A program made the translations under genes and the position numbers. 64,000 bases of DNA from Candidatus Hodarchaeum mangrovi. GTDB lineage: Archaea > Asgardarchaeota > Heimdallarchaeia > Hodarchaeales > Hodarchaeaceae. The DNA is taken from assembly GCA_016839515.1 (NCBI GenBank), contig JAEOUE010000254.1, positions 1-64,000 on the forward strand, written 5' to 3'. Of the stretch, positions 10,155 to 20,043 are shown piece after piece; position 1 is the first letter of the stretch; each line of letters begins with the position of its first letter. The notes under the pieces are model-generated. The model was not told the DNA's origin, did not search any database, and worked only from the letters and a program-made list of their open reading frames with translations.

Positions 10155-10757
10155 ATGCGTTTACTATTAACAAGACATGGAGAAAGCGAAGCAAATCGTA
10201 ATCAAATATATCAAGGACACATGGATTCACCTTTATCTGAAGAAGGCAGAAAACAAACGTTTGATTTAGTGAAGAGGTTAATGTATGAAAAAGTTCAATT
10301 CTCTAAAATATATGCTTCTGATTTAACTCGTGCTTCTGAAACTGCAAAAATTATTAATGCAACTTTTCATATGCCCATTGTATTTACCTCTAATTTAAGG
10401 GAACTTGATTTAGGCATTTTTGCTGGGAAAAATATTTCCGAATTGAAGGTTAATGGAAAAGATCCCTTACAGGAATTTTTTAAAAATCCTCACATGATAA
10501 TTCCAAAGGGGGAATCGCTTAATCACATGAAGCTGAGAATAAAATCATTTCTTGATATGATTAAATCTTTAAATACCTTTAATACATCTTTATTAATAGT
10601 AGCTCATGGAGGGGTTCTTTTTCATATAATAAAGCAGTTAAATATCCCCTTTGAACCCCCTAAAGGTACTTGGTTTGAAAATTGTAAACTCCAAGAACTC
10701 GAACAAACCCACGATGGCATTTGGAGGATCATTCGCTATAATGAAAATAAATTTTAA
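10155..10757 (+). CDS. Histidine phosphatase (phosphoglycerate mutase) family protein
   Basis: RHGES, SDLTRA.ETA, LRE, AHGG. Confidence 0.9.
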   Translation: MRLLLTRHGESEANRNQIYQGHMDSPLSEEGRKQTFDLVKRLMYEKVQFSKIYASDLTRASETAKIINATFHMPIVFTSNLRELDLGIFAGKNISELKVNGKDPLQEFFKNPHMIIPKGESLNHMKLRIKSFLDMIKSLNTFNTSLLIVAHGGVLFHIIKQLNIPFEPPKGTWFENCKLQELEQTHDGIWRIIRYNENKF

Positions 10758-10767
10758 TTGGTTAACC

Positions 10768-11262
10768 TTAAAATTCAGGTTTAATATCGTCCCAAATTAT
10801 CTGGAAAACATCTTCGTCCTTTAGAGTTACATCCTGTATAATAAATTGATAAATCTTCAAAAGTAATTCATGATGACGAATCTCATCATTGAGTATTGTT
10901 TTTATTAATAATTTCTCCTTCTCATTTTCCAGCTGTTCCCACATTTCCTGATATGTATCAATTGCTTTCTTCTCAAGCTGTAAATGATGATCTATTTTCT
11001 TCTTTAATTCGTCTCTAATCTCTTCAGATATCATCTTAATCCCGCTTGTTTCCGAGTTTAAAGCAATTAGGGCATTAAGGATTGAAATATGCTTCTTGGA
11101 ATCCATAGTAATACTTTTTATCAATTCTGTAATTACTTTATTTTCTACTACTGTCAGTGAAACAGTAGCCGCTTTCATAATACTTTCTTCAAGTATAATT
11201 TGATTTTGATAGAATTCCAGTTTTTCCAATTTTATCACTCCATTCATTATTTTGTTAATCAT
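10768..11262 (-). CDS. Ferritin-like (rubrerythrin-type) four-helix protein
   Basis: Paired E...DSKKH and E...DEIRH diiron-type motifs. Confidence 0.7.
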   Translation of the reverse strand: MINKIMNGVIKLEKLEFYQNQIILEESIMKAATVSLTVVENKVITELIKSITMDSKKHISILNALIALNSETSGIKMISEEIRDELKKKIDHHLQLEKKAIDTYQEMWEQLENEKEKLLIKTILNDEIRHHELLLKIYQFIIQDVTLKDEDVFQIIWDDIKPEF

Positions 11263-11546
11263 CTACTCCAATTTAGTGATGATTTTCATGAAAATTTTCC
11301 TAATTTATTTTCTTAAATCATAAAAATACTATCTTTTTGTATAATAACGCTTTTAAATGTTTATTCTCAATATTTTAGATGTCTTGATAAAAATGTCGCT
11401 TTTATTACTCCTTTTTTTCTATTTGGAATGATATTTAAACTAGCAAAGTGATAAAACAATTGGTATATATATATATGCAATTATTTTGTTATATTAAAAA
11501 CATGTGTTTTGCATGTGATAGGAAAAAATTTTACTAAGGACTCCTA

Positions 11547-12308
11547 ATGTTCCGTCTTGATATAATAACCAAAGCAGGTATACTAGTTTTCTCTCATTCA
11601 TTCATTAATCCTTTAAGACTTGAAGAGAACAGCGATCAAGATATGCAGGCAAGTTTAATCACAGCTGTCTTAAATACTCTAAAAGAGACCCAAGGGGAAA
11701 CAATCACCGCCATACACCAAGTTGGATATAAATTACTTCTTTATGAAGGAATCCTTACCTTTGGTATCTTAACGATTTCTGGTGAGGATGAATCAAAGCT
11801 GCATAATTTTCTTCGGAGCATTGTTTTAAAATTTGAATTAATGTTTACCTACGAATTACATATAGAATCAGTGATCAATCGTACTACCTTCGAATCATTT
11901 AGGAAAATCATTAAGAATATGTATGAAGATATGATTGGGGTAGAATTTGATACATTGCATAAACTCTTAGAAATATTAAAATATTCTAATATATCCAACC
12001 TTGTTGTCTTTGAAACAAATTTTTTTCACCCCATTTTAACCAGTATAGTTGATCATTCGATTGATTTTCCTTTAGATAAAATTATTCGTATTTTTCGTGA
12101 GATTGACAATCTGAGTCTGAGTGAAAAAAAGGATAATGTAACTTGTTCTTTTGATTTGCAATCAATTATAATTCATGGTTTGAAGATTCGACAACATTGG
12201 ATTGCCTGCTTTTCTAGTCCAAATCATGTAAGCAAATTCATTATTCACAATGAAATTGAAGAAATTAAGAACTCATTGCTTTTTCCCGAAGCATTGTCAG
12301 TTAGTTAA
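11547..12308 (+). CDS. Longin-like domain protein with C-terminal roadblock/profilin-like alpha/beta domain
   Basis: LDIITKAGILVFSHSF hairpin, helix ASLITAVLNTLKE, beta meander, helix FLRSIVLKFELMF match longin topology. Confidence 0.6.
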   Translation: MFRLDIITKAGILVFSHSFINPLRLEENSDQDMQASLITAVLNTLKETQGETITAIHQVGYKLLLYEGILTFGILTISGEDESKLHNFLRSIVLKFELMFTYELHIESVINRTTFESFRKIIKNMYEDMIGVEFDTLHKLLEILKYSNISNLVVFETNFFHPILTSIVDHSIDFPLDKIIRIFREIDNLSLSEKKDNVTCSFDLQSIIIHGLKIRQHWIACFSSPNHVSKFIIHNEIEEIKNSLLFPEALSVS

Positions 12309-12388
12309 CCATTCAACTAGCTTTATATGAAGGAAGATTTACATTTAATTAAAGTAAAAGTAATATTTGATATGAGGGACAAACTGTT

Positions 12389-12979
12389 TTGGATGAATTT
12401 TATACTTCATCAAAAGACTTAACAATAAAGATTGCTATTCTTAGTCATCCAGATAATAAAGTCACCCTCTTACTTGAAAATTTAGTCAATACTTACCCTA
12501 AAAAAAGTACTTATCAATATTTTTCTTCCATTTCTGTTAATATTGCTGGTTTACGGTTAGATGAGCTCGATTCTTTCACTAATCGGAAAGTAAAATTATT
12601 TTTAATCCAACCAGTTAGCAATCTCTTCACTGACAAGTTAAATAGACGATATTATGAAACATACGGGGCAGTTATCTTCTTTTCTAAAAATAATCATGAT
12701 GAATTTGTCGCTGCAAAAGCCTTTTATGAAAATTTCAGGAAACTAGCCTCAAGTGAAACTCATCCTGTAGCTTTTGTTGAAGTTCTAGATGGAACTGAAG
12801 AATCCATCTCTAAAATTTTAACTGAACCTGAAATTATAGAGGATGCTCCATATAACTTCTATTATGCTATTAATATGCAAGATTACAAAGGATTTAGACA
12901 GATCTTGGAATTTATCACTAGGCAATTCCTAACAGGTCAAGAAGTTTTGAGAATTATTTCGATGCCCGATACCACTTAA
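12389..12979 (+). CDS. Degenerate Rab/Ras-fold protein (pseudo-GTPase)
   Basis: Collinear with the Rab-like GTPases in this window (IKIAIL, VKLFL, RRYY.TYGAVIFFS...EF, PVAFV), but G1, G3, G4 and G5 are all lost. Confidence 0.6.
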   Translation: MDEFYTSSKDLTIKIAILSHPDNKVTLLLENLVNTYPKKSTYQYFSSISVNIAGLRLDELDSFTNRKVKLFLIQPVSNLFTDKLNRRYYETYGAVIFFSKNNHDEFVAAKAFYENFRKLASSETHPVAFVEVLDGTEESISKILTEPEIIEDAPYNFYYAINMQDYKGFRQILEFITRQFLTGQEVLRIISMPDTT

Positions 12980-13022
12980 GTAAATTTAGGTTTTTTCTGT
13001 TCAAGTCAAATGAGGAGTTATA

Positions 13023-13496
13023 ATGCGTGCTATTCGAAGAAAAGAAAAAGAAATAGATGTAATTGAATGTAAAAAGATAATCAAAAAATGTAAGTATATA
13101 ACCCTCGCAATGAGTAAAAATAATGTGCCATATTTAGTAACAATTACTCATGGATATGATAGTGACCAAAATTTTATTTATTTTCATTGTGCAAATGAAG
13201 GAAAAAAGCTAGATTATATCAGAGAAAATAATAACGTTTGGGGACAAGCCTTATTAGACCACGGTTATCAACAAGGAAAATGCAATCATTATTATGAATC
13301 AGTTCACTTTAAAGGAGAAGTAGAAATACTCCAGGATTTTCCAGAAAAAAAATTAGCTTTGGAAGCTTTGATTGACAGTTTAGAAGAAGATCCAAAAATT
13401 GTTAAGAAACAACAATTAACACAACAGTCGATAGAGAATGTTACCATTGGTAAGATCAAAATAACTAAACTAAGTGGTAAGAGATCAATTGGTTAA
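13023..13496 (+). CDS. Pyridoxamine 5'-phosphate oxidase-like FMN-binding protein (NimA-like)
   Basis: RRKEKEI, PYLV, IYFHCANEGKK, YESV, LSGKRS. Confidence 0.85.
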   Translation: MRAIRRKEKEIDVIECKKIIKKCKYITLAMSKNNVPYLVTITHGYDSDQNFIYFHCANEGKKLDYIRENNNVWGQALLDHGYQQGKCNHYYESVHFKGEVEILQDFPEKKLALEALIDSLEEDPKIVKKQQLTQQSIENVTIGKIKITKLSGKRSIG

Positions 13497-13507
13497 TGTA
13501 ATGTTTT

Positions 13508-14089
13508 CTATTTTTTTTTCATCCTCTCTTTAACTTCAGCAATAATATTATCTATCTCATCAGTCTTCTCCTTTCTTTCAATTGTCCTCTTTGATTCATT
13601 ATTTAAGATAGCTTTTTCTTGTGTAGAAAGAGCACCTGCTTCAGAACCTTTAATCTCCAAGTCTCTCCCAAGGATTTTTGATAATTTCTTTAAAATTAAA
13701 TTCCTTATTGGGAAGGAATGAATTTTCTTTTTATTAAAAATATCATTCACAAAAGACTGAAATTTGGCTTCTTTTTGTGATGAATTTGATACAATCTTTA
13801 CTAATTCGTCCATATTAAGCTGGATTATTTCTAAAAATTCTATTACAACTTCTATATCTAATATTTTGCCTAATAGCTCTCTTTTTTTTTCTATAACTTG
13901 TCTACTTGTATCATAATGCGATTTATTTAATTCATCAACAAATTCTCTCTCTAATTCTTCTTGTTTAATCTTTAACTTTTGTAATTCTCTATTGTATGAT
14001 TCAAGAAATACATTCAGTGATTTGGGGAATTCTGTTATCGAAATCTTTTTTCTTGAAAAGAAGCTAAAAGAACTCATCTTGCAGAACAT
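13508..14089 (-). CDS. Helical coiled-coil protein; candidate divergent ESCRT-III/IST1-like
   Basis: N-terminal SSFSFFSRKK, long helical hairpin, C-terminal DEIDNIIAEVKER helix. Confidence 0.4.
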   Translation of the reverse strand: MFCKMSSFSFFSRKKISITEFPKSLNVFLESYNRELQKLKIKQEELEREFVDELNKSHYDTSRQVIEKKRELLGKILDIEVVIEFLEIIQLNMDELVKIVSNSSQKEAKFQSFVNDIFNKKKIHSFPIRNLILKKLSKILGRDLEIKGSEAGALSTQEKAILNNESKRTIERKEKTDEIDNIIAEVKERMKKK

Positions 14090-14359
14090 TGCTCCTGATT
14101 AACTTAAATAATTTTACTTATAGGTTATTTAATATGGTTTTCTAGTATTCCTTTAAAAATATTGGAAAACTATTGTCTCTGCTCGGACATTAGAGGGGGA
14201 TGGGAGTTTATTCCTCACAAACTGAAGTGATTTATTACTTTATCTCTTTAGCATTGTAATTACCATAAGGATTTATTAAGCTAGTAAGAAAAAAATCTTT
14301 AGGTAAGATTTTTAATTTATCCTTCCAAAATAAATATTAATTCCGTTGGGGCTGTTTCT

Positions 14360-17300
14360 GTGAGACTATTATTTCATTTGAAATATTGGGTTTTCAAAGA
14401 TCTCTTTAATTTCACTTTGATTATCAGTTTGGTCATCCTTCCATCCTTTAATTATAATATCCTATTTCCGTCTCTAAATTTCATTGAAGGACAGAATGAG
14501 GAACTTTCAAACCAAAGCTCTGCTATTGATGTTAACTCGGTGAATACCGATCCATATTTCATTTTACACTCATTTCAAACCCCAAAAATCCTTTTTATTA
14601 TTGAAGATAAAAATAATCCACATCCACAGCTGGATATACCATTCTACAATTATATGACAGTGAACCTAAGCTTTTCAGTTTCTTATCATGATGATCAAAA
14701 TCAAACTTACCCTTCTGAGATTGATGCTATTGTAATATCTCAAACAATCATTGATGAAGGAGTTGTCAACAATCTTAATGCTAGTACGATTCCAATATTA
14801 ACAATGGAACCAGGTACACAAAATGAATTTCAATTAGGATCAAATTGGGGGATTGTTACTTCAGTAAATTCATTTTATGGGATAAATTCCTCTCACTATA
14901 TAACTAATGGCTTACCAGATCAATCATCAGTTCAAATTTATAATACAACTGGGAATTTTGGATATTTACTTGGTTTTAATGCTGTTCCTATTGGTTGTCA
15001 AGTTAATGATTTAGCAAAACCTTCATCTTTAGCAAATCATAAGTGGTTTCGTTCATTAATTACTTTAGAAAAGGGAGAAAATGACTGGTTATTAAAACCT
15101 GCCCCTGAACGAAGAGTATTTTGGGGTGCACACCAAGGAAATCTATTGAATCAGGCAGGATGGAATCTCTGGGAAAGGTCGTTAAAATGGATTTTATATG
15201 ATGATGATCCTGGAAGCGCTTCAATTACAGTAAATGTTAAGGATAAATCTTCAAAAAACGTAGAAAATGCTAAAGTAACATTAATTAATTCAACTGATTA
15301 TTCAAATTATTGGACTCTTAATACTACTGTTACTGGCACCGTAACTTTTACAGATATACCTTTTGATGATTATAACATTATAGTTGAATATCAAAAATCA
15401 ATAAATGATTCACTAACAATGTTACCAATTGTCTCTGAACGTACTTTTCAACGAACTGCAAGTTTCACCTATAGTATTCAGATCCCTTTGTATTTGGACA
15501 ATGAACCACCACAGATATTAAATACATGGTTCAATTCATCAGAATATTCGTTTTATGCAGATATCACTGATATTATCGCAATTTCAGAAGCCTTACTTAA
15601 CATTACAGTAATAAATAAAACTTCACCCTATGATATTATCATAAATACTAATTTTTCAATGGTTCTTAAAACAGGTATTACTTATTTTAATGATACTGCC
15701 TTAGATACTCTAGATGGTACAAATGTAAAAATTTACTACAATATCATTGCTACGGATGAGGCAGGAAATACACGTGTTTCAACAGTTGAAATATTTGATT
15801 TAGAAGACCCCAATCCTCCTCAAATTCATTCTTATGGAGCAAACGATTTTAAAAACGGAACTATCTTATTCTGGGCTAATGTTACTGACGATGGTGAGGT
15901 TGAGTCTGTTACTTTACGAATAAATAATACTTTTCTAAGTATGTTCAAAAATCAATCTAATTATTGGATAGTAAAGAAGAATTTTAATTACGATCTCGTT
16001 CTTAACTATACGATTTGGTCTGCCATTGATACATTAGGAAATGAGAACGGGTCAAAATTGCTTACTATTGATCCTTTATCTCAATTAATGCAAGTTGGGG
16101 ATAATCAAGCACCTCAAATTTGGGAGATCATGAGTACATTTACTTCTCATGTGGAAGGTTTTGTAGATTTCTCTGCACGAGTACAGGATTGGAACATTTA
16201 TCAGTCTCAAGTTAACGTCAGTCAAGTAAAAATTATTTTCGAAATAAATGGAGAAAATGTAACTTATTCCATGTTGAATCCTGGTGGTGGAATTTTTTAT
16301 TCCTTTTCCTACCTATTTAATTACAATGATTCAGTAGCCTTCTGGATTCAAGCGACCGATCTAGCAGGTAATCTGAATCAAGGAAGTAAACATGGTCCTT
16401 ATCCTATTTCTGATAATACTATACCCTATGGTATTTATTGGGCAAAGGAATGGGGGAATGGAACTGTAGATTTTTATTCCCAAGTGGTTGACTGGCCAGA
16501 AAATCAAACGAGTTCTATTTTAAATTATACTACAAATTATCCTTTTTCTTGGATCAGTCTACCGATGGATAAAATCAATAGTACCTTTTTCCATAAAAGA
16601 ATAGATACTTTTGAATATTCTGAAAATAATATTTGGTTTATAATTTCTGCAACAGATGCTTATAATAACAAATATCTACCATCCCTAGATGAAGCCAAGA
16701 GTATCATATTAACGGATGTGGTTAATCCTTCCATTTATTCTTCAAAAATTCACAATTCTACAAGTATCGATTGTCAAATTATTCTCGAGCTTCGAGCTAT
16801 AGATTCATTCGGACTTCCATATCCCTATACTTTAAACAATACATATTACTTAAACTATTCAGTCAATGGGAACCCGATGATCTCAGTAATTATGTCATAT
16901 GTCGATTATGGTCATTTTTCTTATACTTTAAACTTCTCATATTTAGATAATGTCTATTTATATGCTTGGGTTAATGATTTTTCTGGAAATCAAGGGTCTT
17001 GGTCAAAAAATATTACTATATTAGACTTTTCTGCTCCCAAAATTACAAATTATAATGGAACTGTTGATCAAACGGGGATATTTAAATTATGGGTAGAGAT
17101 ATTAGAGAATGGTAGTGGATTGGTAAATCAAAGAATTATTCTTTATGTAAGTAGCTCTATTTTCTATGAAACTTTAGTGAATAATGGAACGAAAAATATC
17201 TATGTTTATGAAAGAGGGGGATTTACACCACAAATGACCTTTGTTTTCTTTGAAATTGAAGCTTCAGACCTAGCAAACAATATCTATATAACACCATATT

Positions 17301-19189
17301 CAAGAGCTCCTATTGAAGACAAAATTCCTCCCCATTATGATGATTTTAGTATTATTCCTCAACAATCTTATCTTAACCGAACTCATGTGAATCTTGATTT
17401 CTGGATTGAGGCTTTTGATTCATTTGGAATATTAACGTCAGTTTTTGTAAACATTAGTTATGAAGACCATTATTCTAACTATACTCTTCTTAAATTTGGA
17501 GATCTTTATAAAACTTCGTCTAGTATAATAAGAAACGCAAATACCTCTTACTCCTTTGAGCTCGTTATTGTTGATGGCGTAGGGTTAACCAATCGAACAG
17601 GTTGGGTGGATTTCGTCACTTTACCATTTAACCAAGCTATTATTACAGATTTTGGAATCGAATATTCACCAACAGAAACTAATCAAATTAGAATTTGGAC
17701 TATTGTTAATAATTCAAAGGATGACGTAAACCTTTACCTTAATGCATCAAAAAACGACCAGATAATAGTATCGCATGAATTAATGATATTCAATGATTCT
17801 CATTATTATTTTGAGCTGAATAATGTAAGCTATCAAAGCAATATTACATATGAAATAGTAGTTGTAGATAACGGTGTTAGAAATGAATATTATTTGCCTA
17901 ATATAATTGAAGATATAATAGTGGTCGAAGATAAATGGGCTCCCAAATTCATTGGATTCGATTACGATCCAAATTATGGCAATAATTCTATATTAATATG
18001 GGCTAGTGTCTTTGAAGATGGAGCAGGGATTGAAAACATCACAATTGTATATGATTTTACCTCTGGTGGTAGTGGAGGAAATCTCCAAGACTGGAAGATA
18101 GATAGTTTGACTCAAATCAACCAATCGTATTATACAATCGTCATTCCAATTACAGGTTCGGGTAAATTTCAATTTAAGTTAATTGCATATGATAAAGCAG
18201 GAAATAAAAACCCTCAAAGTTACTTTACAACATATCCTATTCCAAATATTGAAAGTGGAATTGATCCGCTATTACTCTTAATTGTCTTCGCTTTAACAGC
18301 CTTTATCTTTATTAGCGCAATCGTAGCTGGAAATATCTACCGGAGAAAGAAACAAGCTCAAGAATCAAAATTAAAAGAGTTAAAGACAAAATTAAATATT
18401 CCACTAAATATTTACACACTTCTTGTAACTAGCGCTGCAGGAATTCCAATTTTTGATATGACAAATGTTCTTTATCAACGAGACGAATCCTTAAACACCA
18501 CACTTTCAGGTGTTTCAGTTAGCATCGATACTTTTCTTGATTCTTTTCAGGCTGATTTTATAGATCAATTTCAACAAGTTCCTCAGCATGAACGGAGCGA
18601 ATTTGTTCGAATTAGTGTCATCGAACAAGCTCAAGTAAAGATCTTAATTGGTGCAAGTCAAAATTATAGAATGTTTATTTTCTTCAAGGAGAAACCATCA
18701 GCTTTTGCAAGGAATATTGCCTCTAAGATTATCAGGGAAATTGAGGAAAAATTACCTCTTAAGGATTTGGGGATAATTGATGATAGCCTATTGAAACCTC
18801 AAATTAAAAGAATTATAAATTCTCATCTCCCCTTAACCCTTTTAACACCCTTTTCAATTGATCCAGCAAAAATTAAATTTTATGAAGCTAAAATCAAAGC
18901 TCATGAAACGTCACCTATATCCATGAAGGCATTGAATCTATTAAAAAGAATAATTGTCACCCGTACTTCGCCAAATCTCCTAAAATCAGAGAATAAAACT
19001 CAATTAACCTTTTACGATAAAAATTTAGCAAATCTTCAAATTTTAATGGGAGTAGAATTTTTATACTCTGAAGTAATTGTTATTTGTAAAAAGGCTCTAA
19101 ATGCTTCTGAAGAGCTCATGTATGAAGCTCTCTGGATAGGAGCTTCCCCTTTAGTTAACTTACTTCACGAACCTAAATTTGGTGTTTAA
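14360..19189 (+). CDS. Large single-pass surface protein: signal/anchor, alpha/beta domain, Cna-B-like domain, ~9 Ig-like repeats, TM helix, cytoplasmic longin-like domain
   Basis: Repeated DxxPPxI...A.D.AGN units, many NxS/T sequons, TM LLLLIVFALTAFIFISAIVAGNIY followed by RRKK, then NIYTLLVTSAAGIPIF...TLSGVSVSIDTFL. Confidence 0.75.
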   Translation: MRLLFHLKYWVFKDLFNFTLIISLVILPSFNYNILFPSLNFIEGQNEELSNQSSAIDVNSVNTDPYFILHSFQTPKILFIIEDKNNPHPQLDIPFYNYMTVNLSFSVSYHDDQNQTYPSEIDAIVISQTIIDEGVVNNLNASTIPILTMEPGTQNEFQLGSNWGIVTSVNSFYGINSSHYITNGLPDQSSVQIYNTTGNFGYLLGFNAVPIGCQVNDLAKPSSLANHKWFRSLITLEKGENDWLLKPAPERRVFWGAHQGNLLNQAGWNLWERSLKWILYDDDPGSASITVNVKDKSSKNVENAKVTLINSTDYSNYWTLNTTVTGTVTFTDIPFDDYNIIVEYQKSINDSLTMLPIVSERTFQRTASFTYSIQIPLYLDNEPPQILNTWFNSSEYSFYADITDIIAISEALLNITVINKTSPYDIIINTNFSMVLKTGITYFNDTALDTLDGTNVKIYYNIIATDEAGNTRVSTVEIFDLEDPNPPQIHSYGANDFKNGTILFWANVTDDGEVESVTLRINNTFLSMFKNQSNYWIVKKNFNYDLVLNYTIWSAIDTLGNENGSKLLTIDPLSQLMQVGDNQAPQIWEIMSTFTSHVEGFVDFSARVQDWNIYQSQVNVSQVKIIFEINGENVTYSMLNPGGGIFYSFSYLFNYNDSVAFWIQATDLAGNLNQGSKHGPYPISDNTIPYGIYWAKEWGNGTVDFYSQVVDWPENQTSSILNYTTNYPFSWISLPMDKINSTFFHKRIDTFEYSENNIWFIISATDAYNNKYLPSLDEAKSIILTDVVNPSIYSSKIHNSTSIDCQIILELRAIDSFGLPYPYTLNNTYYLNYSVNGNPMISVIMSYVDYGHFSYTLNFSYLDNVYLYAWVNDFSGNQGSWSKNITILDFSAPKITNYNGTVDQTGIFKLWVEILENGSGLVNQRIILYVSSSIFYETLVNNGTKNIYVYERGGFTPQMTFVFFEIEASDLANNIYITPYSRAPIEDKIPPHYDDFSIIPQQSYLNRTHVNLDFWIEAFDSFGILTSVFVNISYEDHYSNYTLLKFGDLYKTSSSIIRNANTSYSFELVIVDGVGLTNRTGWVDFVTLPFNQAIITDFGIEYSPTETNQIRIWTIVNNSKDDVNLYLNASKNDQIIVSHELMIFNDSHYYFELNNVSYQSNITYEIVVVDNGVRNEYYLPNIIEDIIVVEDKWAPKFIGFDYDPNYGNNSILIWASVFEDGAGIENITIVYDFTSGGSGGNLQDWKIDSLTQINQSYYTIVIPITGSGKFQFKLIAYDKAGNKNPQSYFTTYPIPNIESGIDPLLLLIVFALTAFIFISAIVAGNIYRRKKQAQESKLKELKTKLNIPLNIYTLLVTSAAGIPIFDMTNVLYQRDESLNTTLSGVSVSIDTFLDSFQADFIDQFQQVPQHERSEFVRISVIEQAQVKILIGASQNYRMFIFFKEKPSAFARNIASKIIREIEEKLPLKDLGIIDDSLLKPQIKRIINSHLPLTLLTPFSIDPAKIKFYEAKIKAHETSPISMKALNLLKRIIVTRTSPNLLKSENKTQLTFYDKNLANLQILMGVEFLYSEVIVICKKALNASEELMYEALWIGASPLVNLLHEPKFGV

Positions 19190-19769
19190 ATCTTTGACAA
19201 TTATTGTAAAGATTGTACTTCTAGGAGATGGTTCTGTTGGTAAGACTACTTTACGTGAACGATTCATGGGTAGGGGATTTACAACCAGTTATTTACCTAC
19301 TTTAGGAGCAGAATTTGTCTCAAAGGTCCTTCCAATCACCAGACCAACCAAAACAATATCATTGCGTTTTCAGATATGGGATTTGGCAGGGCAACCAACC
19401 TTTAAACAAATCAGAAAATTATATTATCGTGATTCGGTAGGATTAATTCTTGTTTTCGACATTACTCGTCCAGAGTCTCTTTACAATTTAAAAACATGGT
19501 TAAGTGAAGCAATAACTTATTCAGGGTCTAAAAAATTATCTGTTGTCATTTTGGGTAATAAGATTGATCTGAGAGAATTAGACTGGGTAAAAGCCGAGGA
19601 AATTACTCAAACTTTAAATGAAATTAATAAATTTGACACTTTAGATTCTCCTGCTATCTTTTATCAAACATCTGCCAAAACAGGGGAGAATGTGAATTTA
19701 GCATTCGAAACTATAGGAAAAAAAATTCTCGATAGGTATGAACAGCTAAATTATTTTGATGAAGTATGA
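19179..19769 (+). CDS. Rab-like small GTPase
   Basis: GDGSVGKT, PTLG, WDLAGQ, GNKID, TSAK; start overlaps the upstream stop. Confidence 0.93.
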   Translation: MVFKSLTIIVKIVLLGDGSVGKTTLRERFMGRGFTTSYLPTLGAEFVSKVLPITRPTKTISLRFQIWDLAGQPTFKQIRKLYYRDSVGLILVFDITRPESLYNLKTWLSEAITYSGSKKLSVVILGNKIDLRELDWVKAEEITQTLNEINKFDTLDSPAIFYQTSAKTGENVNLAFETIGKKILDRYEQLNYFDEV

Positions 19770-19787
19770 AGATTTTTAAACAAGAAG

Positions 19788-20018
19788 GTGTGTACAAAAT
19801 TAAGTTGGATGAATTTTACAATGCAATCCTCAGACTTGAGTTACAAAGGAAAAACATGCGAAAGTTGTGCTTACTTAACAGAAAAGGCTCCGATTTATTA
19901 TAAAGAGCATATTACTGAAAAAGAAGCCGGTTTATGTCGATTATATATATTAAAGGACCATTTTGCTATTATGTTGAAGAATGAAATTGCTTGTCCAGAA
20001 TTTATTTCCAAAGAATAG
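19788..20018 (+). CDS. Small Cys4 putative metal-binding protein
   Basis: KTCESCAY...GLCRL...IACPEF; lies between the two GTPase genes; true start probably an internal Met. Confidence 0.6.
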   Translation: MCTKLSWMNFTMQSSDLSYKGKTCESCAYLTEKAPIYYKEHITEKEAGLCRLYILKDHFAIMLKNEIACPEFISKE

Positions 20019-20043
20019 AAGATCTTATGAATAGGAGAATATT

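Noticed and set aside
11464-11476. (TA)n tract upstream of the longin/pseudo-GTPase pair
   Set aside because: Most simply a TATA-box region in AT-rich DNA; no evidence for phase variation
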